Source: an uncultured Bizionia sp.
GTDB taxonomy: Bacteria > Bacteroidota > Bacteroidia > Flavobacteriales > Flavobacteriaceae
NCBI GenBank assembly: GCA_947496215.1
Contig: CANMCF010000023.1
Coordinates: forward strand, 2,111-66,110
DNA length: 64,000 bases
Direction of reading: 5' to 3'
Positions 47,814 to 58,629 of this stretch are shown one piece after another. Position 1 is the stretch's first letter, and the number at the start of each line of letters is the position of its first letter. The notes under the pieces were generated by a model. The model had not been told where the DNA came from. It was given only the letters and a program-made list of their open reading frames with translations, and made no database searches. A program made the position numbers and the translations under genes.

Positions 47814-48218
47814 ATGAACAAAATTGAACACATAGGCATAGCTGTAAAGAACTTGAAAAACTCCAACGAATTGTTCGCTAAACTTTTTGGAGAGCCACAT
47901 TATAAGGTTGAAGAAGTAAAAAGTGAAGGGGTAAACACCTCTTTTTTCAGAGTAGGAGAAAATAAAATAGAATTGTTGGAAGCTACGAAAGAAGATAGTC
48001 CCATTGCAAAGTTCATAGATAAAAAAGGAGAAGGAATACACCATATCGCTTTTGATGTGGATGACATAGAAGCTGAAATAAAGCGACTTAAGTCGGAAGG
48101 GTTCATCGTGTTGAACGAGATACCAAAAAAAGGTGCTGACAATAAGTTGGTGGCCTTTTTACATCCAAAATCATCAAACGGAGTATTAATTGAGCTTTGT
48201 CAAGAGATAAAGGAATAA
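47814..48218 (+). CDS. Methylmalonyl-CoA epimerase (VOC family)
   Basis: IEHIGIAV...GEGIHHIAFDV...HPKSSNGVLIEL. The ORF extends to a GTG at 47790. Confidence 0.85.
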   Translation: MNKIEHIGIAVKNLKNSNELFAKLFGEPHYKVEEVKSEGVNTSFFRVGENKIELLEATKEDSPIAKFIDKKGEGIHHIAFDVDDIEAEIKRLKSEGFIVLNEIPKKGADNKLVAFLHPKSSNGVLIELCQEIKE

Positions 48219-48266
48219 AAAATCTTGTAAGGTTATAAAAATAATATTAGATTTGCACCCGATTTC

Positions 48267-48340
48267 GGTCCCATAGCTCAGTTGGTTAGAGCACCTGACT
48301 CATAATCAGGTGGTCCTTGGTTCGAGCCCAAGTGGGACCA
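48267..48340 (+). tRNA. tRNA with anticodon CAU (elongator Met, or Ile2 if lysidinylated)
   Basis: Cloverleaf readable by eye: acceptor ggtccca/tgggacc, anticodon stem cctga/tcagg with loop ctCATaa, and T-arm ggttcgagcc. Confidence 0.9.
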
Positions 48341-48345
48341 CGCTT

Positions 48346-48375
48346 AAAACCCTTCTTTTAAAGAAGGGTTTTTTG
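48346..48375 (+). terminator. Terminator after the tRNA gene
   Basis: aaaacccttcttttaaagaagggtttttt. Confidence 0.7.
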
Positions 48376-48980
48376 TTTTTGTAATCTTACACAAGAGGAA
48401 GTGTTCTTTTAACTAGGGAGTAGTGGCATCAATGAATTACTTGAAATGCGCATCACCTAAAAGAAAAAGCAAGGCATCATGCCAAACGAAAACACACACT
48501 AAAGTGTTTTTGCAATGTGGCTCAATAATTTTATTTGACTTACTCAATGCGGCACTCTCGTCAAATACAAAGCCCTAGAATACCATACTAGAACTTGTAA
48601 GGACTTCAAAGCTCAAGATGAGATGTTGGAAATAACTTATAACTGATTTGAGTTATAGCTTCTTTCGGCTCGAAATCCATTTTTTTACTGAAATATCATT
48701 AAAGCTTAGACAATATGTCTTGACATCACCTAATTTACCATACTACGATTTGAAGAAGCCTTATTTTAAAACCTCTAACAAACTTTTGTTCAAAGAACGT
48801 TAAAAAGGTAATTGTTTTCTAATCCAAATGCTGGTTCTCAGTATTCAGACGATGCCCTTTTTTAGTTACGATACTCGTGTGATTAATTTAGGGTTATTTC
48901 ATAATTGCCTGTTTTATAAATAGATGGATGCTGAGAAATGTTGCGATTACAGAAATTGGTTTAACTCTAAATATAAAATT

Positions 48981-51176
48981 ATGAAACAAACAACTACATT
49001 ATTAAGAAAGGGTATTTGCATGATATTCGCATTAGTCTTGAGTAGCTTTGCCTATGCACAACACAAGAAGACCGATTGGATTGAGCAAGATTTAAAAGAT
49101 CAAAAAAATACCGAAGAAACCATTATGAATCAACTTCCAACGCATTATGCGGTTTGGAAAATATTTACAGAAAAATTCACCAATGACATGCGTAAAGTTG
49201 GTACGCAGGAAATCATTTTTCCAACACCAAATGGTGAGTTTGAAACATATGTTATTTCCCCATCTAAGGTGGTGGCAGATGAAGTGGCTCACTTATATAC
49301 GATCCAAACATTTACAGGTTATAAAAAAGATGATCCTACAACTCTTGTTTCTTGCGATATAAGTAATGCTGGTTTTCATGCAGCTGTCTATAATGCTCAG
49401 GAAACATTTTTTATAGAGCCAATGTATAGGAATGCATCAGAAACGGTTATCGCCTATTATAAAAAGGACAATGTTTCCGATAAACTAAAATGTAACACTG
49501 CAAGTTCGTATGCAAGGAATCAAATTGAAAATATTACAAATTTTAGAACGCCAACCTCCAAAAAAACATTTAGATTGGCAATAGCCGCAGCTGGGGAATA
49601 TTCACAACAGTTTGGTGGAAGTCCAGTTAATACTACGGATGTATTGAATGCTTTGGCATCTGGTGTAAATATGATAAACCCTGTTTTTTTAAGAGATTTG
49701 GGAGTAGAATTCACCCTTGTCAGCAATGCCGCTTTGGTTTATCCAGATCCAAACACAGACCCATTTAATGTCGGGGATGACGTTTCGGCAGCCAACACGG
49801 CTTGTTTAAATGCTTTAGGTGCTTCGGGTTTCGATGTCGGGCATATGGTTATTTGGGCCAATACCGGAGGTGCTGCAGCCTTTGAGGTTGTATGCAATGA
49901 TGCTCAAAAAGGGTTGGGTTTTTCGGGTATAAATACTAGTATTACTACGTTATGGATAGATTATGTGGCTCACGAAATAGGACATCAATTTGGCTCCGAA
50001 CACAATTTTGTAGCTCAAGAGTGTGGGACATCTGTAGGTGGTTTCAGATACGAGCCGGGAGAAGGGTCTTCAATTATGTCCTATGCCAATGTATGTGGTC
50101 CACAATCTCAATATGCGCCAGGCTCCGATCCATTTTTTCATTATGCATCCATTCTTCAAATGCAAACATTTATCAACACTACAAGTTGTGCTGTAACTGA
50201 TGCTTCTGGCAATACGGCATCTCCAGAAGCCAATGCCAATGCAGATTTGACCATACCAAAACAAACACCGTTTATTTTGGTCGGCACTGGTACTGATGCA
50301 AATGATGCAGTTAACAATTTAACCTACGATTGGGTTCAGTACGATGGTTCAAGTCCAGCTGTAACAGGTTCTCCCAATTGCAATTCTACAAATGCGCCAA
50401 TGTTTAGATATCGTCCTGCAGTAAGTGACAATTATCGTAGCTTTCCACAATATGATGATATTTTAGCAGGTAATAATGACCAGCAATGGGAAAAGTTGCC
50501 TTGCGCAGCTAGAACAATGAATTTTTCTTTGACCGTGAGAGATAACAATACCTCTTTTGGTAGAATTGGAGAAGACAAAACTGTAGTTACCGTGGCTAAC
50601 ACGGGACCATTTGATGTTACAAGTCCAAATGGAGGTGAAACATTGACAGGGAATACTTCCCATACAGTGACATGGACGGTAAATGGTACCGATTCGCATT
50701 GCAATAACGTAGATGTCTTGGTTTCTACAGATGGCGGCGCAAGTTACACGGTAGTGGCAGATGCGACGACCAACGATGGAACAGAAAGCATTACCATACC
50801 TAATGTTGCAACCACCACAGCAAGAGTTTTGGTTAGATGTGATGTTGCCGGAGGCTTTAGGGCAGCATCTACTTTTTATGATGTATCCAACGCTAATTTT
50901 ACCATAGATGAAAACTTAAGTGTGGATGATGTTGAGGCTTTAGGCATTTCGATTTATCCTAACCCAGCATCTAGTGAAGTGTTTATCAATTTGGCAAACC
51001 CTGAAAATTATTCGTATAGTTTGGTCGATATTAGAGGAAGAAGTGTCCTAAAAGGACAATTTGACAATTCTACACGTATTCAAACAAGTTACTTGCATGC
51101 AGGAGTCTATTTTTTGGAATTGCATAAAGAACGCTCTAGAAGAACTGTTGTCAAGAAACTTGTCATTCAGAATTAA
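48981..51176 (+). CDS. Secreted metzincin-type zinc metalloprotease with T9SS C-terminal sorting domain
   Basis: HEIGHQFGSEHNF (HExxHxxGxxH), signal peptide from MKQTTTLL, and a T9SS type A CTD (SIYPNPASSEVFINL...GVYFLEL). Confidence 0.85.
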   Translation: MKQTTTLLRKGICMIFALVLSSFAYAQHKKTDWIEQDLKDQKNTEETIMNQLPTHYAVWKIFTEKFTNDMRKVGTQEIIFPTPNGEFETYVISPSKVVADEVAHLYTIQTFTGYKKDDPTTLVSCDISNAGFHAAVYNAQETFFIEPMYRNASETVIAYYKKDNVSDKLKCNTASSYARNQIENITNFRTPTSKKTFRLAIAAAGEYSQQFGGSPVNTTDVLNALASGVNMINPVFLRDLGVEFTLVSNAALVYPDPNTDPFNVGDDVSAANTACLNALGASGFDVGHMVIWANTGGAAAFEVVCNDAQKGLGFSGINTSITTLWIDYVAHEIGHQFGSEHNFVAQECGTSVGGFRYEPGEGSSIMSYANVCGPQSQYAPGSDPFFHYASILQMQTFINTTSCAVTDASGNTASPEANANADLTIPKQTPFILVGTGTDANDAVNNLTYDWVQYDGSSPAVTGSPNCNSTNAPMFRYRPAVSDNYRSFPQYDDILAGNNDQQWEKLPCAARTMNFSLTVRDNNTSFGRIGEDKTVVTVANTGPFDVTSPNGGETLTGNTSHTVTWTVNGTDSHCNNVDVLVSTDGGASYTVVADATTNDGTESITIPNVATTTARVLVRCDVAGGFRAASTFYDVSNANFTIDENLSVDDVEALGISIYPNPASSEVFINLANPENYSYSLVDIRGRSVLKGQFDNSTRIQTSYLHAGVYFLELHKERSRRTVVKKLVIQN

Positions 51177-51201
51177 TTATATTTTGATAAATTGTTCAGA
51201 T

Positions 51202-51645
51202 ATGTTAAATGTGAGTTTACATAAAGTAGTTTTTATAATGACAATGTCTTTGTTGTTATTCTACGGTTGTTCTTCTTTAAATGTCAAAAAGTCGAATTTT
51301 CAAGTCTCTTATGTAAAATCCAAGGGGAGGCTCTTAACAAAACCACATTTTACAATTAAGCTAGAAGGCGATTCCGTTTATTATAATGGAATCGCTAATA
51401 TGCTTGTTTTAGGTGAGCGAAATTTCACGATTTCAAAAGTAGAGTTAGAGGAAATTGAAGAAGCCTTTGAACAAAGCGATTTTTCTGATTTCGATGAACT
51501 TTATCAAGGAAACATAAGGGATTTGCCATTGACCTCAATGATTTACAACAATCATGAGGTAAGGTTTCAAGACAAACAAGCACCTGAAAAACTAAAGAGG
51601 CTAGAGCACTTGTTAGAAGGCTTGATAACACGTATTGAAGAATAG
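51202..51645 (+). CDS. Hypothetical lipoprotein
   Basis: Lipobox LLLFYGCSS. The track ORF starting at 51061 overlaps the preceding gene and is unlikely to be the real start. Confidence 0.5.
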   Translation: MLNVSLHKVVFIMTMSLLLFYGCSSLNVKKSNFQVSYVKSKGRLLTKPHFTIKLEGDSVYYNGIANMLVLGERNFTISKVELEEIEEAFEQSDFSDFDELYQGNIRDLPLTSMIYNNHEVRFQDKQAPEKLKRLEHLLEGLITRIEE

Positions 51646-51770
51646 ACCACATCATAATTAAGTATATAATATGGTCTTTGTTTTTTTATTTGATCGTTCT
51701 TACCGCCACAAGAAAAATTCTAGTGGTAGCCATACTGGGGAGAGTTGAGGCTCTTATTAGTCAAATAACG

Positions 51771-53237
51771 TTAAACTCTAGGTAGATCATCATCGGACTT
51801 CAATGGTAATATTGAGTTTCCCATCAAATACCTGTCAACGTGGTGCGCAACATGTCGACCTTCGGAAATGGCCCAGACAATTAATGATTGCCCTCTTCTC
51901 ATATCGCCAGCCGCAAAGATTCCCGTAATGTTTGTCTTGTAGTTTTTGGTCGTAGCTCTTATGTTGTTTCTAAAATCCAATTCCAAATCAAATTGCTCAG
52001 CCAAGGTCTTTTCAGAGCCAGTAAAGCCCAGTGCCAATAGGGCTAGGTCACAATCCCAGATTTTTTCGGTATTGGGAACTTCTTTTAACTCAGGTCGTTC
52101 ACCTTCTTTGAAGATCCATTCGACTTCAACAGTTTTCAAAGCTTTTAAGTGGCCATTCTCGTCACCAATGAATTCCTTTGTGGAAATGCTGAAGAAACGC
52201 TCCACGCCTTCTTGGTGAGACGAGCTGGATCTTAACCTCATAGGCCAATAGGGCCAAGGTTGATGTGCTGGACGCCCTTCTGTGGGTTTGCTCAATATTT
52301 CAAAATTCACAATGGATCTTGCGCCTTGACGATTGGAGGTTCCAATGCAATCCGATCCTGTGTCGCCTCCTCCAATCACAATTACGTTTTTGTCGGTTGC
52401 CAGAATTACATTTTTAAAATCATTGATGCCGTCTACACGTTGGTTGTTCTGTTTCAAGAAGTCCATGGCCTGGACGACTCCTTTCAAGTGTGTTCCCTTT
52501 ATGGGGATACTTCTTCTAACGGTTGCTCCACCACATAGTACCACCGCATCATAATTGTCTTTCAATCTTTTCACACTTACGTTTTTTCCGACGTGTGCAT
52601 TGGTTTCAAATAGGATGCCTTCTTCCTTTAAAATGTCCAATCGCCTGTCTATGACATTTTTTTGGAGTTTGAAATCGGGGATGCCATAACGTAACAATCC
52701 ACCAACTTTAGCATCACGTTCGAAAACCGTTACCAAATGGCCTACTCGATTCAGTTGTTGCGCTGCTGCCAAACCAGAAGGGCCAGAACCTACGATTGCT
52801 ACTTTTTTTCCTGTGCGTTCCTTTGGTGGTCGTGCGGTGATCCATCCTTCTGAAAAGGCGGTTTCCACTATGTTTTTCTCAATGTTTTCAATGGAAACGG
52901 GATCTTCGTTGATACCTAAAACGCAGGCCTCCTCGCAAGGAGCTGGACACAGGCGCCCCGTAAATTCCGGGAAGTTGTTTGTTGTATGTAGTATTTGCGC
53001 TGCTTGTTTCCAATGCCCCTTGTAGACGAGGTCGTTGAAATCTGGAATCAAATTACCCAGTGGACAACCGCTGTGACAAAATGGGACACCACAATCCATA
53101 CAACGTGCTCCTTGGTCTTTCAACTCCTTTTCTTGCATCGGAATTGTGAATTCCTTATAGTTCTTGAGTCTATTCTCTACGGTGTCCAGAGCATCTACTT
53201 GTCTATTGATTTCTAAAAATCCTGTTGTCTTTCCCAT
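51771..53237 (-). CDS. gltD: Glutamate synthase small subunit (NADPH)
   Basis: CMDCGVPFCH, VAIVGSGPSGLAAA and GDTGSDC motifs. Confidence 0.95.
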   Translation of the reverse strand: MGKTTGFLEINRQVDALDTVENRLKNYKEFTIPMQEKELKDQGARCMDCGVPFCHSGCPLGNLIPDFNDLVYKGHWKQAAQILHTTNNFPEFTGRLCPAPCEEACVLGINEDPVSIENIEKNIVETAFSEGWITARPPKERTGKKVAIVGSGPSGLAAAQQLNRVGHLVTVFERDAKVGGLLRYGIPDFKLQKNVIDRRLDILKEEGILFETNAHVGKNVSVKRLKDNYDAVVLCGGATVRRSIPIKGTHLKGVVQAMDFLKQNNQRVDGINDFKNVILATDKNVIVIGGGDTGSDCIGTSNRQGARSIVNFEILSKPTEGRPAHQPWPYWPMRLRSSSSHQEGVERFFSISTKEFIGDENGHLKALKTVEVEWIFKEGERPELKEVPNTEKIWDCDLALLALGFTGSEKTLAEQFDLELDFRNNIRATTKNYKTNITGIFAAGDMRRGQSLIVWAISEGRHVAHHVDRYLMGNSILPLKSDDDLPRV

Positions 53238-53241
53238 CTTG

Positions 53242-56200
53242 CTATGCGCTTGCTTTTTGTTCTTTTTTTAATCTAATCAATGCTTGTTTGTATTCTTCTG
53301 GCAATACTTTGATGAATTTTGTTCGCTCTTTTTTCCAATTTTCAAGAATACGCTGTGCCAATGGACTCAGGGTTGCATTGTAATGGTTTTCTATGAGTCG
53401 TTTTAACGAAGTCACATCTTCGGAAAGATCGACAGGAATCAAATTCAACCCTTTTTGGTTGCATCGTGCTTCGAAGGTTTTGTTCTTGTCGTAGACATAG
53501 GCTATTCCTCCACTCATTCCCGCTCCGAAGTTTCGTCCGACTTCACCAAGGATAACTGCTGTTCCTCCAGTCATGTATTCGCAACCATGATCCCCGATAC
53601 CTTCAACAACGGCAATTGCACCCGAGTTTCTAACACAAAAGCGCTCTCCTGCCTTTCCGTTTACATATACTTCTCCAGATGTAGCACCATATAGGGCAAC
53701 ATTGCCAATGATGATGTTCTCTTCAGGAATGATCGTTGCTTCCTCTGGTACCTTTACAATCACTTTTGCACCAGATAGTCCTTTGCCCAAGTAATCGTTG
53801 GAACTTCCGTTGAGAATCAAAGTCAAGCCTTTGGTCGCAAATGCGGCAAAGCTTTGTCCAGCGGAACCGGTAAAGTTGATTTTCAATGTGTTTTCAGGTA
53901 AGCCCTGTGCGCCATGGATCTTGGAAATCTCGTTGCTTAAAATCGCCCCAAAGGCTCGATCCATATTTGTGATTTTGGAATCTATGACTGTTTTTTCCTT
54001 TCTGAATAATGCTGGGTGTGCTTGATGGATGATTTTGAAATCCAATGCTTTTTCAAGATTGTGATCTTGTAATTCCGTATTGTATAGTTTTGTGCCTTCC
54101 GAAACTTCTACCTTATGTAGAATGGGAGATAGGTCCAAACCATTGGACTTGTAGAAATCAATGGTTTGATTCCTGTCTAATTTTTGTACTTGCCCAACCA
54201 TTTCATCAATTGTCCTGAAACCAAGTTTAGCCATTATTTCACGCAATTCTTGAGCAACGAAATACATGAAATTTACTACGTGTTCTGGTTTTCCTTTGAA
54301 CTTTTTACGTAATTCAGGATTTTGAGTTGCTATGCCGACCGGGCATGTGTTTAGATGGCACACACGCATCATCACGCAACCGGAAGCAACCAATGGGGCT
54401 GTAGCAAAACCAAACTCCTCGGCTCCTAGAAGACATGCTATTGCTACGTCTCGTCCTGTTTTTAATTGTCCGTCGCACTCTAAGGTTACGCGATTTCTCA
54501 AGTTGTTCATCACCAGGGTTTGTTGCGCTTCTGCCAGACCCAACTCCCATGGGAGGCCAGCGTGTTTCAATGATGTTAGTGGAGAGGCGCCAGTTCCTCC
54601 ATCGTGGCCAGAAATGAGAATGACATCCCCTTTGGCTTTGGCAACTCCTGCTGCTACTGTGCCTATGCCGACTTCGGAAACTAATTTCACATTGATTCTT
54701 GCTTCTCTGTTGGCAGATTTTAAATCGTAGATTAATTGAGAAAGGTCTTCAATGGAGTAGATGTCGTGATGAGGTGGTGGTGAAATCAACCCAACATAAG
54801 GTGTGGAATTTCTTGTTTTGGCGATCTCCGGATTCACTTTTGAGCCTGGCAATTGTCCTCCTTCTCCAGGTTTTGCTCCTTGAGCCATCTTTATTTGGAT
54901 TTCTGAAGCGTTCGTCAAATAATTTGAGGTAACTCCAAAACGACCGGAAGCGACTTGTTTGATTGCTGAGTTTTTCCAGTCTCCATTGGAACCTTTGTAG
55001 AAACGATCTTCATCCTCTCCTCCCTCTCCAGAGTTGCTTTTCCCTCCAATTCGATTCATAGCTATCGCTAGATTCTCATGGGCTTCCTTGCTAATGGAGC
55101 CATAGGACATGGCTCCCGTTTTAAAGCGTTTTACTATTTCTGTCCATGGCTCTACATCATCCAAGGGGATAGGATCGAAATTGGTAAATTCGAACAAACC
55201 TCTAATGGTCATCAATTGTTTGGTTTGCTCATTTACCAGTTTGGAGTATTCCTTGTAACTGCTATGTTTGTTACTGCGAACCGATTCTTGTAGTTTTGCT
55301 ATGGTCAGTGGGTTGAACAAGTGTTTTTCCCCATTGCGTCTCCATTTGTATTGTCCACCGAATTCTACGCCAAGAGTCGTCTTATACGCTTTTTTATGAC
55401 GTTTGTAAATCTCTTTTTCAATTTCCCTGAGGCCGATACCTTGAATCCTTGTAATGGTATTTGGGAAATAATCGTTTACCACTTTGGAGCTTAAACCAAT
55501 GCATTCGAAGAGTTGTGAGCCGCGATAGGAGTTTAAAGTGGAAATTCCAATCTTGTTCATTACCTTCAAGATTCCCATTCCGATTGCCTTGTTGTAGTTT
55601 TTAATTGCTGTTAGATAGTCCAAACCTTCAATGTCATTGCCCTCAACTTGATCGTAGACGATTTCGTTTACTATATAAGGATTGACTGCGCTTGCACCAT
55701 AACCGAACAACAAGGCAAAATGATGTACTTCACGAGGTTCGGCAGATTCTATGATCAAGCTTGCCTTTGCGCGTTTTCCTAATTTGTGCAATTCATGATT
55801 TACATATGAACAAGCCAACAAGGCTGGGATTGGGGCGTGTTTTTCGTCTACGCCCCTATCTGATAGGATAATGATGTTTCCTCCTTTGTCTATGGCCTTG
55901 CTTGCTTGTTCTACCAGCTTTTCCAAAGCGTGTTCCAATTCATTTAAGCCGTTTCCAATCTTGTATAGCATTGGAATGGTAGTGACTACAAAATTTGGAT
56001 TATGGGTGTAGTTCTTGATCTTGTCCAGATCGTGTTTTGAAATTACGGGGTTTTGAATTTTAAGTTTGCGACACTGATCTTCGTTTATTTTGAAAAGGTT
56101 GGTGTCGCTACCCAGTGTAAGACTAATGTCCGTGATGAGTTTTTCACGGATGCCATCCAATGGAGGGTTTGTTACTTGAGCGAACAATTGTTTGAAGTAA

Positions 56201-57732
56201 TTGTAGATTAACTGGGGTCTTTCAGATAAAATGGCGATTGGCGTATCGTTTCCCATGGATCCAATGGGTTCCTTTGCCAATTGTGCCATTGGCTTAATAA
56301 TGGTGTTCAAGTCTTCTTCTGTATAACCGAAAACGATTTTTCGTTTATTCAAGCTATCTTCATTGTGTCGTATAACCCCTTTCTTTGCTGGAATGTCTGC
56401 CAAGTGAATCAAGTTTTCATCTAACCATTTCTCATAGGGATGTTTGGAAACGATATCTTCCTTTATTTCTTCATCTTTGATGATTCGACCTTTGTTCATG
56501 TCTACCAGAAACATCTTTCCAGGTTCCAATCTACCGTGGTGTTCTATGTTTTTTGGATCGATGTCTATTACGCCTGTTTCAGAAGACATGATGACATAGC
56601 CATCTTTTGTTACCGAATAACGAGATGGACGTAAACCATTTCTATCCAAGACAGCTCCAATGTAGTTTCCGTCGGTAAATGGTATCGATGCAGGGCCATC
56701 CCAAGGCTCCATAATGCATGAGTTATATTCGTAAAAGGCTTTTTTTGATGCAGACATATGTGGGTTTTTCTCCCAAGCTTCAGGAACCAACATCATCATT
56801 GTTTCTGGTAGTGAACGCCCTGTCATCAATAACAACTCCACGACCATGTCCATTGATGCCGAATCTGATTTTCCAGGGAGTATTATTGGGAACAGGCTTT
56901 TTATGTTGCCATCGAACCATTTGCTTTCCATTAATTCCTGGCGAGACAAGGTACGTGTTACATTTCCACGAAGTGTATTGATTTCACCATTGTGACACAT
57001 ATAACGAAATGGTTGTGCCAAATCCCAAGTTGGAAACGTATTCGTCGAAAAACGTTGGTGTACCAATGCCAATCGTGTCACTAGTGAGGGGTCTTGTAAT
57101 TCCTTGTAAAACAACTTGATGTCCTCGGGTATTAATAGACCTTTGTATATTATGGTTTTTGATGATAGGCTAGGTAGATAAAAACGAGCGCTTTCCGACA
57201 GTTTTGAATTGGATATGTGATGCTCTACTTGTTTTCTGGCGGAGAATAACTTTAAGTTGAACTGAAAATCTTCTTGATTCTTTTCTGCCTTGCCTATGAA
57301 TACTTGTTTTATGAAAGGAACGGTTTTAGCTGCCACACTTCCAATGACTGATTCATCCACTGGTACATTTCTCCAGCCTAAAACTTCCAACCCTTGTTCT
57401 TTGACATGGAATTCAAATTGACGAATGCAATAATCTCTTTGGTTTTCTTTCTGTGGAAGGAATACGTTGCTTACTGCATAATCTCCTGCTTTAGGTAAAT
57501 CGAAGTTGCAATTTTTCACAAAGAAATCATGGGGAATGTCTATTAGGATACCAGCTCCATCACCCGTTTTTCCATCACTGCTAACTGCTCCTCGATGTTC
57601 AAGCTTTTCTAAAATTTCAAGAGCTTTGTGGATGATGTCATTGGAGGTGTTGCCTTTTAAACTACAAATAAAACCTGCGCCACAATTTTCGTGTTCAAAT
57701 TCTGGTAGATAAAGTCCTTGTTTTTTCAGCAT
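53242..57732 (-). CDS. gltB: Glutamate synthase large subunit
   Basis: N-terminal Ntn amidotransferase start (CGAGFI), FMN/Fe-S central domains and a GXGXG C-terminal domain. Confidence 0.97.
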   Translation of the reverse strand: MLKKQGLYLPEFEHENCGAGFICSLKGNTSNDIIHKALEILEKLEHRGAVSSDGKTGDGAGILIDIPHDFFVKNCNFDLPKAGDYAVSNVFLPQKENQRDYCIRQFEFHVKEQGLEVLGWRNVPVDESVIGSVAAKTVPFIKQVFIGKAEKNQEDFQFNLKLFSARKQVEHHISNSKLSESARFYLPSLSSKTIIYKGLLIPEDIKLFYKELQDPSLVTRLALVHQRFSTNTFPTWDLAQPFRYMCHNGEINTLRGNVTRTLSRQELMESKWFDGNIKSLFPIILPGKSDSASMDMVVELLLMTGRSLPETMMMLVPEAWEKNPHMSASKKAFYEYNSCIMEPWDGPASIPFTDGNYIGAVLDRNGLRPSRYSVTKDGYVIMSSETGVIDIDPKNIEHHGRLEPGKMFLVDMNKGRIIKDEEIKEDIVSKHPYEKWLDENLIHLADIPAKKGVIRHNEDSLNKRKIVFGYTEEDLNTIIKPMAQLAKEPIGSMGNDTPIAILSERPQLIYNYFKQLFAQVTNPPLDGIREKLITDISLTLGSDTNLFKINEDQCRKLKIQNPVISKHDLDKIKNYTHNPNFVVTTIPMLYKIGNGLNELEHALEKLVEQASKAIDKGGNIIILSDRGVDEKHAPIPALLACSYVNHELHKLGKRAKASLIIESAEPREVHHFALLFGYGASAVNPYIVNEIVYDQVEGNDIEGLDYLTAIKNYNKAIGMGILKVMNKIGISTLNSYRGSQLFECIGLSSKVVNDYFPNTITRIQGIGLREIEKEIYKRHKKAYKTTLGVEFGGQYKWRRNGEKHLFNPLTIAKLQESVRSNKHSSYKEYSKLVNEQTKQLMTIRGLFEFTNFDPIPLDDVEPWTEIVKRFKTGAMSYGSISKEAHENLAIAMNRIGGKSNSGEGGEDEDRFYKGSNGDWKNSAIKQVASGRFGVTSNYLTNASEIQIKMAQGAKPGEGGQLPGSKVNPEIAKTRNSTPYVGLISPPPHHDIYSIEDLSQLIYDLKSANREARINVKLVSEVGIGTVAAGVAKAKGDVILISGHDGGTGASPLTSLKHAGLPWELGLAEAQQTLVMNNLRNRVTLECDGQLKTGRDVAIACLLGAEEFGFATAPLVASGCVMMRVCHLNTCPVGIATQNPELRKKFKGKPEHVVNFMYFVAQELREIMAKLGFRTIDEMVGQVQKLDRNQTIDFYKSNGLDLSPILHKVEVSEGTKLYNTELQDHNLEKALDFKIIHQAHPALFRKEKTVIDSKITNMDRAFGAILSNEISKIHGAQGLPENTLKINFTGSAGQSFAAFATKGLTLILNGSSNDYLGKGLSGAKVIVKVPEEATIIPEENIIIGNVALYGATSGEVYVNGKAGERFCVRNSGAIAVVEGIGDHGCEYMTGGTAVILGEVGRNFGAGMSGGIAYVYDKNKTFEARCNQKGLNLIPVDLSEDVTSLKRLIENHYNATLSPLAQRILENWKKERTKFIKVLPEEYKQALIRLKKEQKASA

Positions 57733-58208
57733 GATTGTCCGTTTTTAGGGGTTCGTTTTGTCTCTTGACTGACACTAATGTATAATGAAGAATTCGCAAT
57801 ATGAAATTTGGTATCAATTATTCCGAAATTGAAGAAATAAGCCTTTTAAAACATTGATTTGCTATTTTTAGGTATCAAATTTTATCAAATGAGTATCATA
57901 TATCTTGAGAAAACAATTGAGTTCATTTTTAAATATTATTTATTTTTGTGTTCAAATTGATGTGTATTTTTTGTTAAAATGCTGGAATTTTTAGCAATAG
58001 TGCAAAGTGGGTTGTTTGAAGGATTATGATCAAAAGTAGTTTGTTCTTGCAGAATGAATAAAAGGATGGGTGTTAATTTCGATATTGCATAATTGGATCA
58101 ATTCTCCTTAAATTGAGACTAGTGAACCACTAAATAAACCAAAATGGCCATTCTGTCCAGATCTTAAAGTCTCTATGATGGACGCAAATTTATTGTTACA
58201 TTGATTTT

Positions 58209-58565
58209 TTAACAGACCACGATCTCTTCCAGAAAGAGAAACTCAAATAGAATTTTTATAATTATGCTTTTCATAATTAGTCCTCTAACGTAAATGGTTG
58301 TTCCTTCAAAATCCAAATTTAAGAAGCCTCTTGTTTTAACAATTTTTTCATCATATTTATCAGGGTGATCAATAAGTTCTTTAATTGAAACAAACATTAT
58401 TTCCTCTGAAGAATTCTCTTTATTCTCTTGAATAAATTTTTTTAAAGCATTTTTTCTTGACTTGAAGAAAAAGAGACAATGGATAAAAGGATGATCAGCA
58501 ACAATGACTTTTTCATAAGGAGTTTGTCGGCTTTGTTCAGAATAAACAAACGGAAACGAGAGCAA
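58209..58565 (-). CDS. Doubtful small hypothetical ORF
   Basis: ORF only. The central part (IKELIDHPDKYDEKIVKTRGFLNLDFEGTTIYV) looks protein-like, but the ends are low-complexity. Confidence 0.25.
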   Translation of the reverse strand: MLSFPFVYSEQSRQTPYEKVIVADHPFIHCLFFFKSRKNALKKFIQENKENSSEEIMFVSIKELIDHPDKYDEKIVKTRGFLNLDFEGTTIYVRGLIMKSIIIKILFEFLFLEEIVVC

Positions 58566-58629
58566 AATATTTCAATTTAGCGTAAAAAAAGAAACAACTG
58601 GACTATAAGTATTAGGTCTTAAAATAAAC

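Noticed and set aside
48267-48920. The tRNA(CAU) 3' end as the attachment site of an integrated element.
   Set aside because: I found no direct repeat of the tRNA 3' end downstream, and no integrase gene nearby.
51061-51201. The upstream part of the 194-aa ORF, which overlaps the end of the metalloprotease gene.
   Set aside because: The overlap lies inside the T9SS CTD coding region. An internal ATG at 51202 gives a clean lipoprotein signal peptide.
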